Source: Eledone cirrhosa
Lineage: Eukaryota
NCBI GenBank assembly: GCA_964016885.1
Contig: OZ024747.1
Location: forward strand, 52,824,001 to 52,888,000
DNA: 64,000 bases
Direction: 5' to 3'
The notes under the pieces were generated by a model. The model ran no database searches. It saw only the letters and a list, made by a program, of their open reading frames with translations, and was not told where the DNA came from. Every line of letters begins with the position of its first letter. Position 1 is the first letter of the stretch. The translations under genes were made by a program, and so were the position numbers. Shown here in pieces: positions 24,617-38,575 of the stretch.

Positions 24617-26907
24617 TCAGACCAGGTAACACAAGTGCCAGACCAGGTACACAAGTGCCAGACCAGGTAACACAAGTGCTAGACCAGGTAACACAAGCAG
24701 CCAGACCAGGTAACACAAGTGCTAGACCAGGTAACACAAGTGCTAGACCAGGTAACACAAGTGCCAGACCAGGTAACACAAGTGCTAGACCAGGTAACAC
24801 AAGTGCCAGACCAGGTAACACAAGATCCAGACCAGGTAACACAAGTGCCAGACCAGGTACACAAGTGCCAGACCAGGTAACACAAGTGCCAGACCAGGTA
24901 ACACAAGTGCCAGACCAGGTAACACAAGTGCCAGACCAGGTAACACAAGATCCAGACCAGGTAACACAAGTGCCAGACCAGGTACACAAGTGCCAGACCA
25001 GGTAACACAAGTCCCAGACCAGGTAACACAAGTGCTAGACCAGGTAACACAAGTGCCAGACCAGGTACACAAGTGCCAGACTAGGTAACACAAGTGCCAG
25101 ACCAGGTACACAAGTGCCAGACCAGGTAACACAAGATCCAGACCAGGTAACACAAGTGCCAGACCAGGTACACAAGTGCCAGACCAGGTAACACAAGATC
25201 CAGACCAGGTAACACAAGTGCCAGACCAGGTACACAAGTGCCAGACCAGGTAACACAAGTGCCAGACCAGGTAACACAAGTGCTAGACCAGGTAACACAA
25301 ATGCCAGACCAGGTAACACAAGTGCTAGACCAGGTAACACAAGTGCCAGACCAGGTAACACAAGTGCCAGACCAGGTAACACAAGTGCTAGACCAGGTAA
25401 CACAAGTGCCAGACCAGGTAACACAAGTGCCAGACCAGGTACACAAGTGCCAGACCAGGTACACAAGTGCCAGACCAGGTACACAAGTGCCAGACCAGGT
25501 ACACAAGTGCCAGACCAGGTAACACAAGATCCAGACCAGGTAACACAAGTGCCAGACCAGGTACACAAGTGCCAGACCAGGTAACACAAGATCCAGACCA
25601 GGTAACACAAGTGCCAGACCAGGTACACAAGTGCCAGACCAGGTAACACAAGTGCCAGACCAGGTAACACAAGTGCTAGACCAGGTAACACAAGTGCCAG
25701 ACCAGGTAACACAAGTGCCAGACCAGGTACACAAGTGCCAGACCAGGTAACACAAGTGCCAGACCAGGTAACACAAGTGCCAGACCAGGTAACACAAGTG
25801 CCAGACCAGGTAACACAAGTGCCAGACCAGGTAACACAAGTGCCAGACCAGGTACACAAGTGCCAGACCAGGTACACAAGTGCCAGACCAGGTAACACAA
25901 GTGCCAGACCAGGTACACAAGATCCAGACCAGGTAACACAAGTGCTAGACCAGGTAACACAAGTGCTAGACCAGGTAACACAAGTGCCAGACCAGGTAAC
26001 ACAAGTGCCAGACCAGGTAACACAAGTGCCAGACCAGGTAACACAAGTGCCAGACCAGGTAACACAAGAGTCGGACCAGGTAACACAAGATCCAGACCAG
26101 GTAACACAAGTGCCAGACCAGGTACACAAGTGCCAGACCAGGTACACAAGTGCCAGATCAGGTACACAAGTGCCAGACCAGGTAACACAAGTGCCAGACC
26201 AGGTACACAAGATCCAGACCAGGTAACACAAGTGCCAGACCAGGTACACAAGTGCTAGACCAGGTAACACAAGTGCTAGACCAGGTAACACAAGATCCAG
26301 ACCAGGTAACACAAGTGCTAGACCAGGTAACACAAGAGCTAGACCAGGTAACACAAGAGCTAGACCAGGTAACACAAGAGCTAGACCAGGTAACACAAGT
26401 GCTAGACCAGGTAACACAAGATCCAGACCAGGTAACACAAGAGCCAGACCAGGTAACACAAGAGTCGGACCAGGTAACACAAGTCCCAGACCAGGTAACA
26501 CAAGAGCTAGACCAGGTAACACAAGAGCTAGACCAGGTAACACAAGAGCTAGACCAGGTAACACAAGTGCTAGACCAGGTAACACAAGAGCCAGACCAGG
26601 TAACACAAGTGCCAGACCAGGTAACACAAGAGTCAGACCAGGTAAGACAAGATCCAGACAAGGTAACACAAGAGTCAGACCAGGTAACACAAGTGCTAGA
26701 CCAGGTTACACAAGAGTCAGACCAGGTAACACAAGAGCTAGACCAGGTAACACAAGTGCCAGACCAGGTAACACAAGAGCCAGACCAGATAACACAAAAG
26801 CTAGACCACATAACACAAGATCCAGACCAGGTAACACAAGAGCCAGACCAGGTAACACAAGAGCCAGACCAGATAACACAAAAGCCAGACCACGTAACAC
26901 AAGTGCC
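24617..26907. repeat. 20/21-bp minisatellite, about 110 copies
   Basis: Unit CCAGACCAGGTA(A)CACAAGTG. Confidence 0.97.
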
Positions 26908-27612
26908 TTGTCCAATGCTCTGACAATTCCATCAATCCATCACCCTAGAATTCTGTAAGGAGAAAATGCAAAGTTGACTTCAGCTAAATTTGAAATCAGA
27001 ACACTGAGATCTTCAACAAATAACATGAGGCCATCTTTCTAACTTTAAAAAACTGCCAATTGGTATCTATAATGTAAATATATATATTATAGCATTTATT
27101 TGTGCTCATACATGGAGCATGGAACAAAGACACTACCCAAGGCTTCAAGGCCCAAATTTGACCATTCCTCCAGAAAACAAGAGGCATCAAAATACTGATC
27201 TTTCTTCTGGTGCTAATACGAGTATATATATATACATATATACGCAGACACACACACACACATATATATATATAGTGTTAGAAAGTTAAGGGAATACAAA
27301 CAATCAGTTGTCTACTGCGGGTCACAGATGTTTCAGCACGTTATAGACAATACATCTATCCGTAGCATGCCCATAACTTATTATCAATAGATTATGAGGG
27401 AAAGAAAAGATGGAAAAGAGGCGATAGTGAAGAGAGAGAAAGAAAGAAAAAAAAAGAAAACAACATACCGATAGAAGGGGGAAAAACAAGACAATGGCAC
27501 ATGTAAGTAAGTAACTGAGAGGAGAGGGAGGAAGAAGTTAAAAAAGGGCAGTTGGGTTTCAGCCCAGGGGCCTTATTAACAACGAGAGAGCTAAGAAGGA
27601 CATATATATATA

Positions 27613-27996
27613 TGTGTCTGATGGTAGCTAAGATGCTTCCATAGGCGGTATGCCAGTTGAGCACTCTATGCTCTTACAGAGCAGAGTATGATAGAATAGA
27701 AAACGAAAAATCAGTGATGCATCTGAACTCAATTTATTGTGTGTTACAATTGTTTCCCTGGCAGACAGCTCGAGACGCGATCATTGTGTGGATCTGTCTG
27801 ATTCTGGATCTGCAGGTTCGATGGACACGTCTAATGATTTCGGAGCATATTCTCTCACGTGTCCGTCGAACCTGCGGATCCAGAATCAGACAGATCCCCA
27901 CAATGATCGCGTCTCGTGCTGTCTGCCGGGGAAACAATTGTAACACACAATAAATTGAGTTCAGATGCATCACTGATTTTTCATTTTCTATTCTAT
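27613..27996. mobile_element. Young (TA)n-embedded fold-back element (140-bp arms 27691-27830 and 27857-27996, 26-nt loop)
   Basis: About 6 mismatches between arms; GTTGAGCACTC in the tail; GAAA-CAATTG-TA hammerhead-like half. Confidence 0.92.
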
Positions 27997-28009
27997 ATAT
28001 ATATATATT

Positions 28010-29123
28010 ATGTCCAAAATGCAAAGTATGGGTGCATAAAAGATGTAGTGGGATCACAGGTAAGCTAACTAAGAATATAGATTTTATATGTGGCCGTTGC
28101 TCAGGTGCAATAAGTAGCAGCAAGTGCCCACAGAATACTAGCTCATTCGATTGCACAGATGGTTCTATAGAAATAGTGGACACCTTCCGTTACTTGGCTG
28201 ACAAAATCAGCAGTGGTGGAGGGTGCTCTGAAAGTACAGTAGCTAGAGTCAGAATGGGATGGAAAAAGTTCAGAGAGCTTATACCACTATTGGCCGCTAA
28301 AGGGTTCTCTCTAAAAATGAAAGGCAGGCTGTATGATGCCTGCATACGAACAGCAATGTTGCATGGCTGTGAGACTTGGGCATTGTGTGCAGAGGATATA
28401 CGCAGACTGGAGAGGAACGAAGCTTGCATGCTCCGCTGGATGTGTAATAGTAATATACGTGAATGGCAAAGCATAAACGAACTAAGGGAGAAATTAGGAT
28501 AAGAGGGATCAGATGTTGTTTACTTGTGTGAAGACAACGTTGGTACGGTCACGTGATGCGCATGAAAGATGACAGCTGTATAAAAAAGTGCAGGGCGATA
28601 AAAATAGACAGTAGCCACGGAGTAGGCAGACCCAGAAAAACCTGGGACGACTTGATAAATTCCGACCTCACACACTTACACCTCTCCAAGACAATGTCAC
28701 TGGACCGAGATCTTTGGCGCTACACAGTAATACAGAAGACTCGCCTTGCCTAAGTACAAAGCGAAACATACAATCAGTAGGCACCTCTAACAAAAATACA
28801 CCCCCGTCCCACTATCCCCACCCCATCCACACCACCCCTTACAATGTAAAGTTATGTTGGTACCACAAAGTTATGAGGTCGTGTAGGTGTCACGACAAAA
28901 AAAAACACACAGTCCACGCTGTAATGTGGCCGTGTAGGTAACACGGTAAAAACCTCCCAGTCCACACTGTAAACGTGGTTGGTGTTAGGAAGGGCATCCA
29001 GCCGTAGAAAACCCACCAGACAGTCCTATACGAGCAAGTCAACCAATCTTGCCTCAAGTGGGAATATTCCCGTCCAAACCCATGCAAGCGTGGAAGATGG
29101 ACGTTAAACGATGATGATGATGA
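28010..29123 (+). pseudogene. 5'-truncated RTE-like LINE: C-terminal ORF (28010-28753, frameshifted near 28500) plus 3' UTR and (TGA)n tail
   Basis: CKVWVHKRCSG..FICGRC Cys/His module, then FRYL..ARVRMGWKKFREL..LYDACIRTAMLHGCETW..MLRWMC..WYGHVMRM..GRPRKTW. Confidence 0.9.
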
Positions 29124-29135
29124 TATATATATAAA

Positions 29136-29330
29136 TATTATAAAGAGTTGGAATTTGACAGCTGAGCTCTAGCCATTTCAACAGCTAGTTCCAGAACTAG
29201 CTGTTGAAACAGCAAGAGTTCAACCATTGGGTCCCAACTCTTTATAATAACATCATACTCTACTACATACTATCGAGTACTCTGTTGAGTAATTATGCAA
29301 CTAGTTTAAAACTGGTTCTATTCTAATATA
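29136..29330. mobile_element. Fold-back element, same family as 9402-9598
   Basis: IR 29136-29249; ATCGAGTACT at 29272. Confidence 0.85.
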
Positions 29331-29368
29331 TAATTAACTATGCATATACAATTTTATATAACACTCAT

Positions 29369-29407
<39 letters not shown>

Positions 29408-30033
29408 GTCATTTTACGACCGCTTTTACCTGCTTGCATATATATATACTGACAGAAACATAAATCATATTGTGTCTGTTATTACATCATACTTACATAC
29501 CTTTTCATACATACATACATACACACATACATACATACATACATACATACATACATACATACATACATACATACATACATACATACACGTGTAGCTGGTG
29601 TAATTTAAATATTATTTCATATAAACCCATTTGAATATATATGCCCATAATGATACATCTCTGACTATCTCCCCTCACCCAAACCAACATATATATATAC
29701 ATATTTCCCTCTATTTTCACATTCAAACAACAACAACAAGCACAGTTTATTTCTCTACATACAATCATAAACATTAATATAATTTAAAAATTGCTTTTGA
29801 CAAGATGCCCTATGTTTTCACAATTGTCTCTCCAATACTAAAGTATCCAAGAAAATGTTAATTATCATAATAACAATTGAAAATGGCATCACATGATTCC
29901 TCTAATGTACAACACATAGACTTTCTTAAAAATCTAAGAATTTTTCTTCCTTCAAATTATTTTCGTGTTGTGAAGAATGAAAAATATATAGAAAAAAATT
30001 ATGTGTATATAATTATATATGTGTGTGTGTGTT

Positions 30034-30086
<53 letters not shown>

Positions 30087-30090
<4 letters not shown>

Positions 30091-30313
30091 GAAGGCGTGT
30101 GGCTGAGTGGTTAGAGAATTGTATTCGCAATCGTAAGGTTGTGAGTTCGATTCCTGGACCAGGCGATGCGTTATGTCCTTGAGCAAGACACTTTATTTCA
30201 CGTTGCTCCTTCTACCTGGAGTTGCGACCGATAGATAGTATTAGCAATTGGAAAGACCAACGGAAACATTGTTCCCTCGGTCCGATTTGACAAAAAAGTC
30301 GATCGTTTAAAAA
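30087..30313 (+). mobile_element. tRNA-derived SINE with family A head and core but a different 3' end, inside (TA)n
   Basis: TGGCTGAGTGG, GAGTTCGATTCC, TCCTTGAGCAAGACACT; unrelated sequence after 30210. Confidence 0.8.
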
Positions 30314-30395
30314 TGTATATATATATGTATATATATGTATATATATATATATATATATGTATATGTATATATATATATGTATTTATATATACATG

Positions 30396-30430
<35 letters not shown>

Positions 30431-30443
30431 GTATATATATATG

Positions 30444-30493
<50 letters not shown>

Positions 30494-30494
30494 C

Positions 30495-30526
<32 letters not shown>

Positions 30527-30674
30527 GTATGTATATATATATATATATATATACATATATATGTATATATATATATACATGTATATATAATTATATATAT
30601 ACATATATATGTATATATATATATACATGTATATATATATATATATATGTATATATATGTATATATATATATAT

Positions 30675-30705
<31 letters not shown>

Positions 30706-30711
30706 CATACA

Positions 30712-30742
<31 letters not shown>

Positions 30743-31049
30743 GGCTATGGTGGTGGTGGGGGTACTATTGTGATGTTGATGATGATAGTACTACTGACAG
30801 TGTTTTTTATATATATACAACTACAAGAATATTTTATCAAGATAGGTGATAACAATAGAAATGTGCTTTCTTTAAACTATTACCCACATCTCCTATATAA
30901 CTTAGAGGGGAAGTGAATTGTGAATGCATGGCCTTCATGCTTGTCCCAAGTTCATTCAGTGGTGGTTTAAACAAAGTGTACTTGAACTTGATTCCTTTAT
31001 AAAATGTATACAATAATAATTGTTTCTACTTTTGGCGCAAGGCCAGCAA

Positions 31050-33090
31050 TTACAATGGTTACTTCACAATAACACTGGTGTAGGTTGTGAGGTTACAATG
31101 GTTACTTCACAATAACACTGGTGTAGGTTGTGAGGTTACAATGGTCACTTTACAATAACACTGGTGTAGGTTGTGAGGTTACAATGGTTGCTTCACAATA
31201 ACACACTGGTGTAGGTTGTGAGGTTACAATGATTACTTCACAATAACACTGGTGTAGGTTGTGAGGTTACAATGGTCACTTTACAATAACACTGGTGTAG
31301 GTTGTGAGGTTACAATGGTTACGTCACAATAACACTGGTGTAGGTTGTGAGGTTACAATGGTCACTTTACAATAACACTGGTGTAGGTTGTGAGGTTACA
31401 ATGGTCACTTTACAATAACACTGGTGTAGGTTGTGAGGTTACAATGGTTACGTCACAATAACACTGGTGTAGGTTGTGAGGTTACAATGGTCACTTTACA
31501 ATAACACTGGTGTAGGTTGTGAGGTTACAATGGTCACTTTACAATAACACTGGTGTAGGTTGTGAGGTTACAATGGTCACTTTACAATAACACTGGTGTA
31601 GGTTGTGAGGTTACAATGGTTACGTCACAATAACACTGGTGTAGGTTGTGAGGTTACAATGGTCACTTTACAATAACACTGGTGTAGGTTGTGAGGTTAC
31701 AATGGTCACTTTACAATAACACTGGTGTAGGTTGTGAGGTTACAATGGTTACGTCACAATAACACTGGTGTAGGTTGTGAGGTTACAATGGTCACTTTAC
31801 AATAACACTGGTGTAGGTTGTGAGGTTACAATGGTCACTTTACAATAACACTGGTGTAGGTTGTGAGGTTACAATGGTTACTTCACAATAACACTGGTGT
31901 TGGTTGTGAGGTTACAATAGTCACTTCACAATAACACTGGTGTAGGTTGTGAGGTTACAAGAGTCACTTCACAATAACACTGGTGTAGGTTGTGAGGTTA
32001 CAATGGTCACTTCACAATAACACTGGTGTAGGTTGTGAGGTTACAATGGTCACTTTACAATAACACTGGTGTAGGTTGTGAGGTTACAATGGTCACTTTA
32101 CAATAACACTGGTGTAGGTTGTGAGGTTACAATAGTTACTTCACAATAACACTAGTGTTGGTTGTGAGGTTACAATGGTCACTTCACAATAACACTGGTG
32201 TAGGTTGTGAGGTTACAATAGTCACTTCACAATAACACTGGTGTAGGTTGTGAGGTTACAATGGTTACTTCACAGTAACACTAGTGTTGGTTGTGAGGTT
32301 ACAATGGTCACTTTACAATAACACTGGTGTAGGTTGTGAAGTTACGATGGTTACTTCACAGTAACACTGGTGTTGGTTGTGAGGTTACAATGGTTACTTC
32401 ACAATAACACTAGTGTTGGTTGTGAGGTTACAATGGTTACTTCACAATAACACTAGTGTTGGTTGTGAGGTTACAATGGTTACTTCACAATAACACTGGT
32501 GTAGGTTGTGAGGTTACAATGGTTCCTTCACAATAACACTAGTGTAGGTTGTGAGGTTACAATGGTCACTTTACAATAACACTGGTGTAGGTTGTGAGGT
32601 TACAATGGTTACTTCACAATAACACTAGTGTTGGTTGTGAGGTTACAATGGTTACTTCACAATAACACTGGTGTTGGTTGTGAGGTTACAATGGTTACTT
32701 CACAGTAACACTGGTGTAGGTTGTGAGGTTACAATGGTTACTTCACAATAACACTAGTGTTGGTTGTGAGGTTACAATGGTTACTTCACAATAACACTAG
32801 TGTTGGTTGTGAGGTTACAATGGTTACTTCACAATAACACTGGTGTAGGTTGTGAGGTTACAATGGTTACTTCACAATAACACTAGTGTTGGTTGTGAGG
32901 TTACAATGGTTACTTCACAATAACACTAGTGTTGGTTGTGAGGTTACAATGGTTACTTCACAATAACACTAGTGTTGGTTGTGAGGTTACAATGGTTACT
33001 TCACAATAACACTAGTGTTGGTTGTGAGGTTACAATGGTTACTTCACCATAACACTAGTGTTGGTTGTGAGGTTTTAGGATGGTTACTTC
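31050..33090. repeat. 43-bp palindromic minisatellite, about 47 copies
   Basis: Unit TTACAATGGTTACTTCACAATAACACT(G/A)GTGT(A/T)GGTTGTGAGG. Confidence 0.97.
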
Positions 33091-33419
33091 ACTACTACTA
33101 CTACCACAAATACCAACACCAATATCAATACCACTACTACCATCAATACCACCATCACTAACAACACCGTCACCACCACCGATACCAACACAGCTACCAA
33201 TAGCAACACTGGTATCAATGAAACCATGTTGTTGTTGATATTAGTGTTGGGCATGGTAGCAGTGGTAGTGGTGGTGGTGTTGGTACCAATGATGGTGGTG
33301 TTGTTGTTAGAGGTGTTGGTGGAGGTTTCGATAGTTATGGCAATGGTGGTGATGGTAGTGGTATCAGTGGTGGTGGTGGTGATGGTGGTGGTGGTTTTGT
33401 TCTGATGATGGTGGTGAGA

Positions 33420-35055
33420 GTGGTTGTGGTGGTGGTGTGGCTATCAATGATGGTAGTGGCGTCAGTGGTGGTGGTGGTGGTGGTGGTGATGGTGTGGCTA
33501 TCAATGGTGGTGGTGGTGTGGCTATCAATGGTGGTGGTGGTGGTAGTGTGGCTATCAATGGTGGTGGTGGTGGTGGTGGTGGTGGTGTGGCTATCAATGG
33601 TGGTGGTGGCGGTAGGTGGTGGTGGTGGTGGTGTTGGTGGTGTGGCTATCAATGGTGGTGGTGGTGGTGGTGGTGGTGGATGGTGGTGTTGGTGGTGGTG
33701 GTAGTGGTGGTGGTGGTGTGGCTATCAATGGTGGTGGTGGTGGTGGTGGTGGTGGTGGATGGTGGTGTTGATGGTGGTGGTAGTGGTGGTGGTGGTGTGA
33801 CTATCAATGGTGGTGGTGGTGGTGGTGGTGGTGGTGGTGGATGGTGGTGTTGGTGGCGGTGGTAGTGGTGGTGGTGGTGTGGCTATCAATGGTGGTGGTG
33901 GTGGTGGTGGTGGTGGTGGATGGTGGTGTTGGTGGTGGTGGTAGTGGTGGTGGTGGTGTGGCTATCAATGGTGGTGGTGGTGGTGGTGGTGGTGGTGGAT
34001 GGTGGTGTTGGTGGTGGTGGTGGTGGTGGTAGTGGTGGTGGTGGTGTGACTATCAATGGTGGTGGTGGTGGTGTTGGTGGTGGTGGTGGTGGTGTTGGTG
34101 GTGGTGGTAGTGGTGGTGGTGGTGTGGCTATCAATGGTGGTGGTGGTGGTGGTGGTGGTGGTGGTGTTGGTGGTGGTGGTGGTGGTAGTGGTGGTGGTGG
34201 TGTGACTATCAATGGTGGTGGTGGTGGTGTTATTGGTGGTGGTGGTGGTGGTGTTGGTGGTGGTGTGACTATCAATGGTGGTGGTGGTGGTGTTGGTGGT
34301 GGTGGTGGTGGTAGTGGTGGTGGTGGTGTGGCTATCAATGGTGGTGGTGGTGTTGGTGGTGGTGGTGGTAGTGGTGGTGGTGGTGGTGGTGTGGCTATCA
34401 ATGGTGGTGGTGGTGGTGTTGGTGGTGGTGGTAGTGGTGGTGGTGGTGTGGCTATCAATGGTGGTGGTGGTGGTGTTGGTGGTGGTGGTGGTGGTGGTGG
34501 TGGTGTGGCTATCAATGGTGGTGGTGGTGGTGGTGGTGTTGGTGGTGGTGGTGGTGGTAGTGGTGGTGGTGGTGTGGCTATCAATGGTGGTGGTGGTGGT
34601 GTTGGTGGTGGTGGTAGTGGTGGTGGTGGTGTGGCTATCAATGGTGGTGGTGGTGGTGTTGTTGGTGGTGGTGGTGGTGGTGGTGGTGGTGGTGGTGGTG
34701 GTGGTGGTGGTGGTGTTGGTGGTGGTGGTGGTGGTAGTGGTGGTGGTGGTGTGACTATCAATGGTGGTGGTGGTGGTGTTGGTGGTGGTGGTAGTGGTGG
34801 TGGTGGTGTGGCTATCAATGGTGGTGGTGGTGGTGTTGGTGGTGGTGGTGGTGGTGTTGGTGGTGGTGGTGGTGGTGTGGCTATCAATGGTGGTGGTGGT
34901 GGTAGTGGTGGTGGTGGTGTGGCTATCAATGGTGGTGGTGTGGCTATCAATGGTGGTGGTGGTGGTAGTGGTGGTGGTGGTGTGGCTATCAATGGTGGTG
35001 GTGTGGCTATCAATGGTGGTGGTGGTGGTAGTGGTAGTGGTGGTGTGGCTATCAG
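33420..35055. repeat. (GGT)n array punctuated by GTG(G/A)CTATCAAT
   Basis: Read directly; explains the Gly/Pro/Thr/Val ORFs. Confidence 0.95.
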
Positions 35056-35193
35056 TGATGGGGGGGGGGGGGGTAAATGTAATTAAGGATAATTTCTTGT
35101 ATATATTTACCCCAAGACTAACATTACATGTGATTTTTACATATGTGTCTGTATATGGAAAAGTAGACGTAAAAAGGATGATGATGATACATA

Positions 35194-35308
<115 letters not shown>

Positions 35309-35332
35309 GTATATATATATATATATATATAC

Positions 35333-35500
<168 letters not shown>

Positions 35501-35621
35501 GTGTGTGTATAAGTGTGTATGTATGTAGATAGATAAAAGGTTTACAGCAGTATATGTAAGCACAGAGATGTATATATGTACATATATATGTATATATATG
35601 AGTGTATACAAAATACACGTG

Positions 35622-35663
<42 letters not shown>

Positions 35664-36008
35664 TGTATGTTTTTATACATACATATGTTTGTCTTGTTGA
35701 TGTTGCGTCTTAAACTGCCAGAGTTTTCTATCCATTTAGATAATGGGAAAATGTGTCTCTAGTACTCATGATTTCATCAAATTACAATCAACTTGCTCTT
35801 GGGCAAGTTTCTTCTTCCTCCTTTATCTTTAGAAATTTACAAAAAGCTTTCATTTTATACTTTTTCTGGTTTTTTATTCTATTATTTTTTTGTCACTTAT
35901 ATAATATATGTATATATGTATACATGTATGTATGTTTGCATGTATGTATGTGTGTAGGCATGTATGTATTTATATCTGTATGTATGTATATACACATATA
36001 TGTGTGTG

Positions 36009-36060
<52 letters not shown>

Positions 36061-36188
36061 CCCCCCCTCCACTCTAGTCCTCTCTCCCACATGCTCCATA
36101 CTCTCATCTGTTTAATCAACTTACTATTATTTTTTATGAGTATTACAACGTTCACACACACAAACACACATATATATAAATATATATA

Positions 36189-36243
<55 letters not shown>

Positions 36244-36327
36244 GTATCTATGTATATATAAATATACATGATATGAATTGAATTATATGCTTGCATGTAG
36301 CAACATAAAACTTGTAAATGGTGTTCA

Positions 36328-36401
<74 letters not shown>

Positions 36402-36589
36402 GTGTGTATATGAAATATTTATGTAGATTTATAAAGGCAGGGATGGGGGAGAAAGTGTGTGGGGGTAAAATAATAATTTCAGCATGCCTCCCCTCTATTC
36501 AATATACATCACACCCTAACAATTTTTCTCAGATATAATCATTTCTTGTTGTTTTCAAGGGGTAAAAAGGTATATATATATACAAATAT

Positions 36590-36623
<34 letters not shown>

Positions 36624-37788
36624 ATATATATGTATATATTCTAAACCCATGCTAGCGTGGAAGATAGACGTTAAACGATGATGATGATGATGATGATGAT
36701 GATATATACACAAATATATATATATATATATATATACAAATATATATATATATATATATGCGCACATTTATATATCATCATAATATATATATATATATAT
36801 ATTTGTGTTTGTCTGTGTGTATAATACATACATATATTACATATATATATATAACTATATAAGCTTTCTCTCCCCCCCACCCCCCACCACCACCGTCACC
36901 ACCACCGCCACCGCCGCCAGCGTCACTGTCACCACCACCACCACCACCACCACCACCACCACCACCACCACCATCACAACCTTCATCTTATAGATTAGAT
37001 TGTAAATATCATATCAATTAGAAAGTAGATATTATTTTTGACATTTTCCTTTTTAACTTACATATAGGCTGTTTGTGTATATGTGTATATGTGTATATGT
37101 GTATCTGTGTATATGTGTATATGTGTATCTGTGTATCTGTGTATATGTGTATCTGTGTATCTGTGTATATGTGTATCTGTGTATCTGTGTATATGTGTAT
37201 CTGTGTATATGTGTATCTGTGTATCTGTGTATCCGTGCATACCTGTATATTGTATAGTTATAAGTGTGTGTATGTAATTATCTGGTTGTGTACTTGTTGG
37301 TGGATATCAGTATGTGTCCATGAATATGTGAATCTGTATATGTGTATGAGTAAGAATGCATTGTTTTCAAAATTTCTAAGGTTTTCTACTCTACATATAA
37401 TTGAGTTAGTATTTTTATCTTTTTTTTTTTTTTCTGTTTTGGAAACCCCAAAAAATAGAAATAAAATAAAAATACCAGTTGTTCCTTTGATTCTACAAAA
37501 GAAAAAAATGTATTCATATTTAATGTAAGCAACACCAGTGTATTACAGGTACTAATGGAAAGAAATGAATCACATCATGTGCAACAACATAGAATGTGTA
37601 TCTCAAGTATTACACTGACAATTGAACAGAAATAACAGAGCTAAGGGGACACTTAAGCTTGTCCAAGGACACAACAAATCCCCTTTGTCACTTTGTGTTC
37701 CCTAATTATCTCATATAGCAGCTAGATTTATTATGTTGCTGAATATAGACCAATAAATGTGTGTATGTATATGTATGTATATATAATA

Positions 37789-38141
37789 TCATCATCATCA
37801 TCATCATCATCATCATTTTATGTCCGCTTTTTCCCTGCTTGCAAGGGTGGGACGGGAACTGATTCTGGCTTGATTTCTACAGCTGGATGCCCTTCCTAAC
37901 ACCAACCTCATTTACAGTGCGGGCTGGGTGCTTTTTTGCCGTGGCACCTCCACGACCACTTTGCAGTGGAATGATAGGGACCCCAGTCCCTATCATCTCA
38001 TTTCTACAGCTGAGTAAACTGGAGCAATGTGAAATAAAGTGTCTTGCTCAAGGAAACAACACATCACCCGGTCTGAGAATTGAACTCACAACCTTTCAAT
38101 TGCAAGGCCCATGCTCTAACCACTAAGCCATGTGCCTCCAT
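37789..38141 (-). mobile_element. tRNA-derived SINE family A
   Basis: Highly similar to 12971-13371. Confidence 0.9.
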
Positions 38142-38254
38142 ATATGGAACCAAACTCCCACTGTCACTGCCTCCATCTCTCCCGCTCTCCCCATCTCTCA
38201 CTATTGTGAGTAAATGGGGTCCCACATGCTGGTCGCTCCACAGCCCTGGCAGAC

Positions 38255-38575
38255 AGATTAGAGAAGGAGTTCCGCAGAGGATGGTGAAGGAGATGCGCTG
38301 GAAGAGCCATTCCAGTTCACGAGGCTCAAACCTGTAGGTAGCCAACTCTGTGCCAATGGTAGTGAGTAGGGTGGTGGCCCTAGGGCCAAGAACACCAGAA
38401 ATCTCCACTGCTACAGGATCGACTGCAAACTTATTGGAGAGCAACCGATATTTGGAGAGTTTACCCTCCTTGGCCCAAAGTGCACCAGAGCCAGGGTTAG
38501 TCACAGACTGCACCAGGTTGCCGCTGGAGAATTTGTCACTGCATGTGGCATCCCAGATGAGGGGTTTACCACCTG
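38255..38575 (-). pseudogene. CRE-like non-LTR retrotransposon fragment (restriction-like endonuclease C-terminus)
   Basis: GKPLIWDATCSD...K..KY..L...PVAVEISGVLG...IG.....EPRE..WLFQRIS resembles the CRE-clade RLE consensus (recalled). Confidence 0.75.

Noticed and set aside
27273-27600. Possible additional minus-strand Penelope-like end with GAAACATCTGT
   Set aside because: The core is too degenerate to support a hammerhead call.
27734-27953. Mirror-image ORFs on both strands
   Set aside because: A consequence of the 140-bp palindrome.
22283-33090. CRISPR-like appearance of the palindromic 56-bp and 43-bp arrays
   Set aside because: No unique spacers, no cas genes, eukaryotic context.
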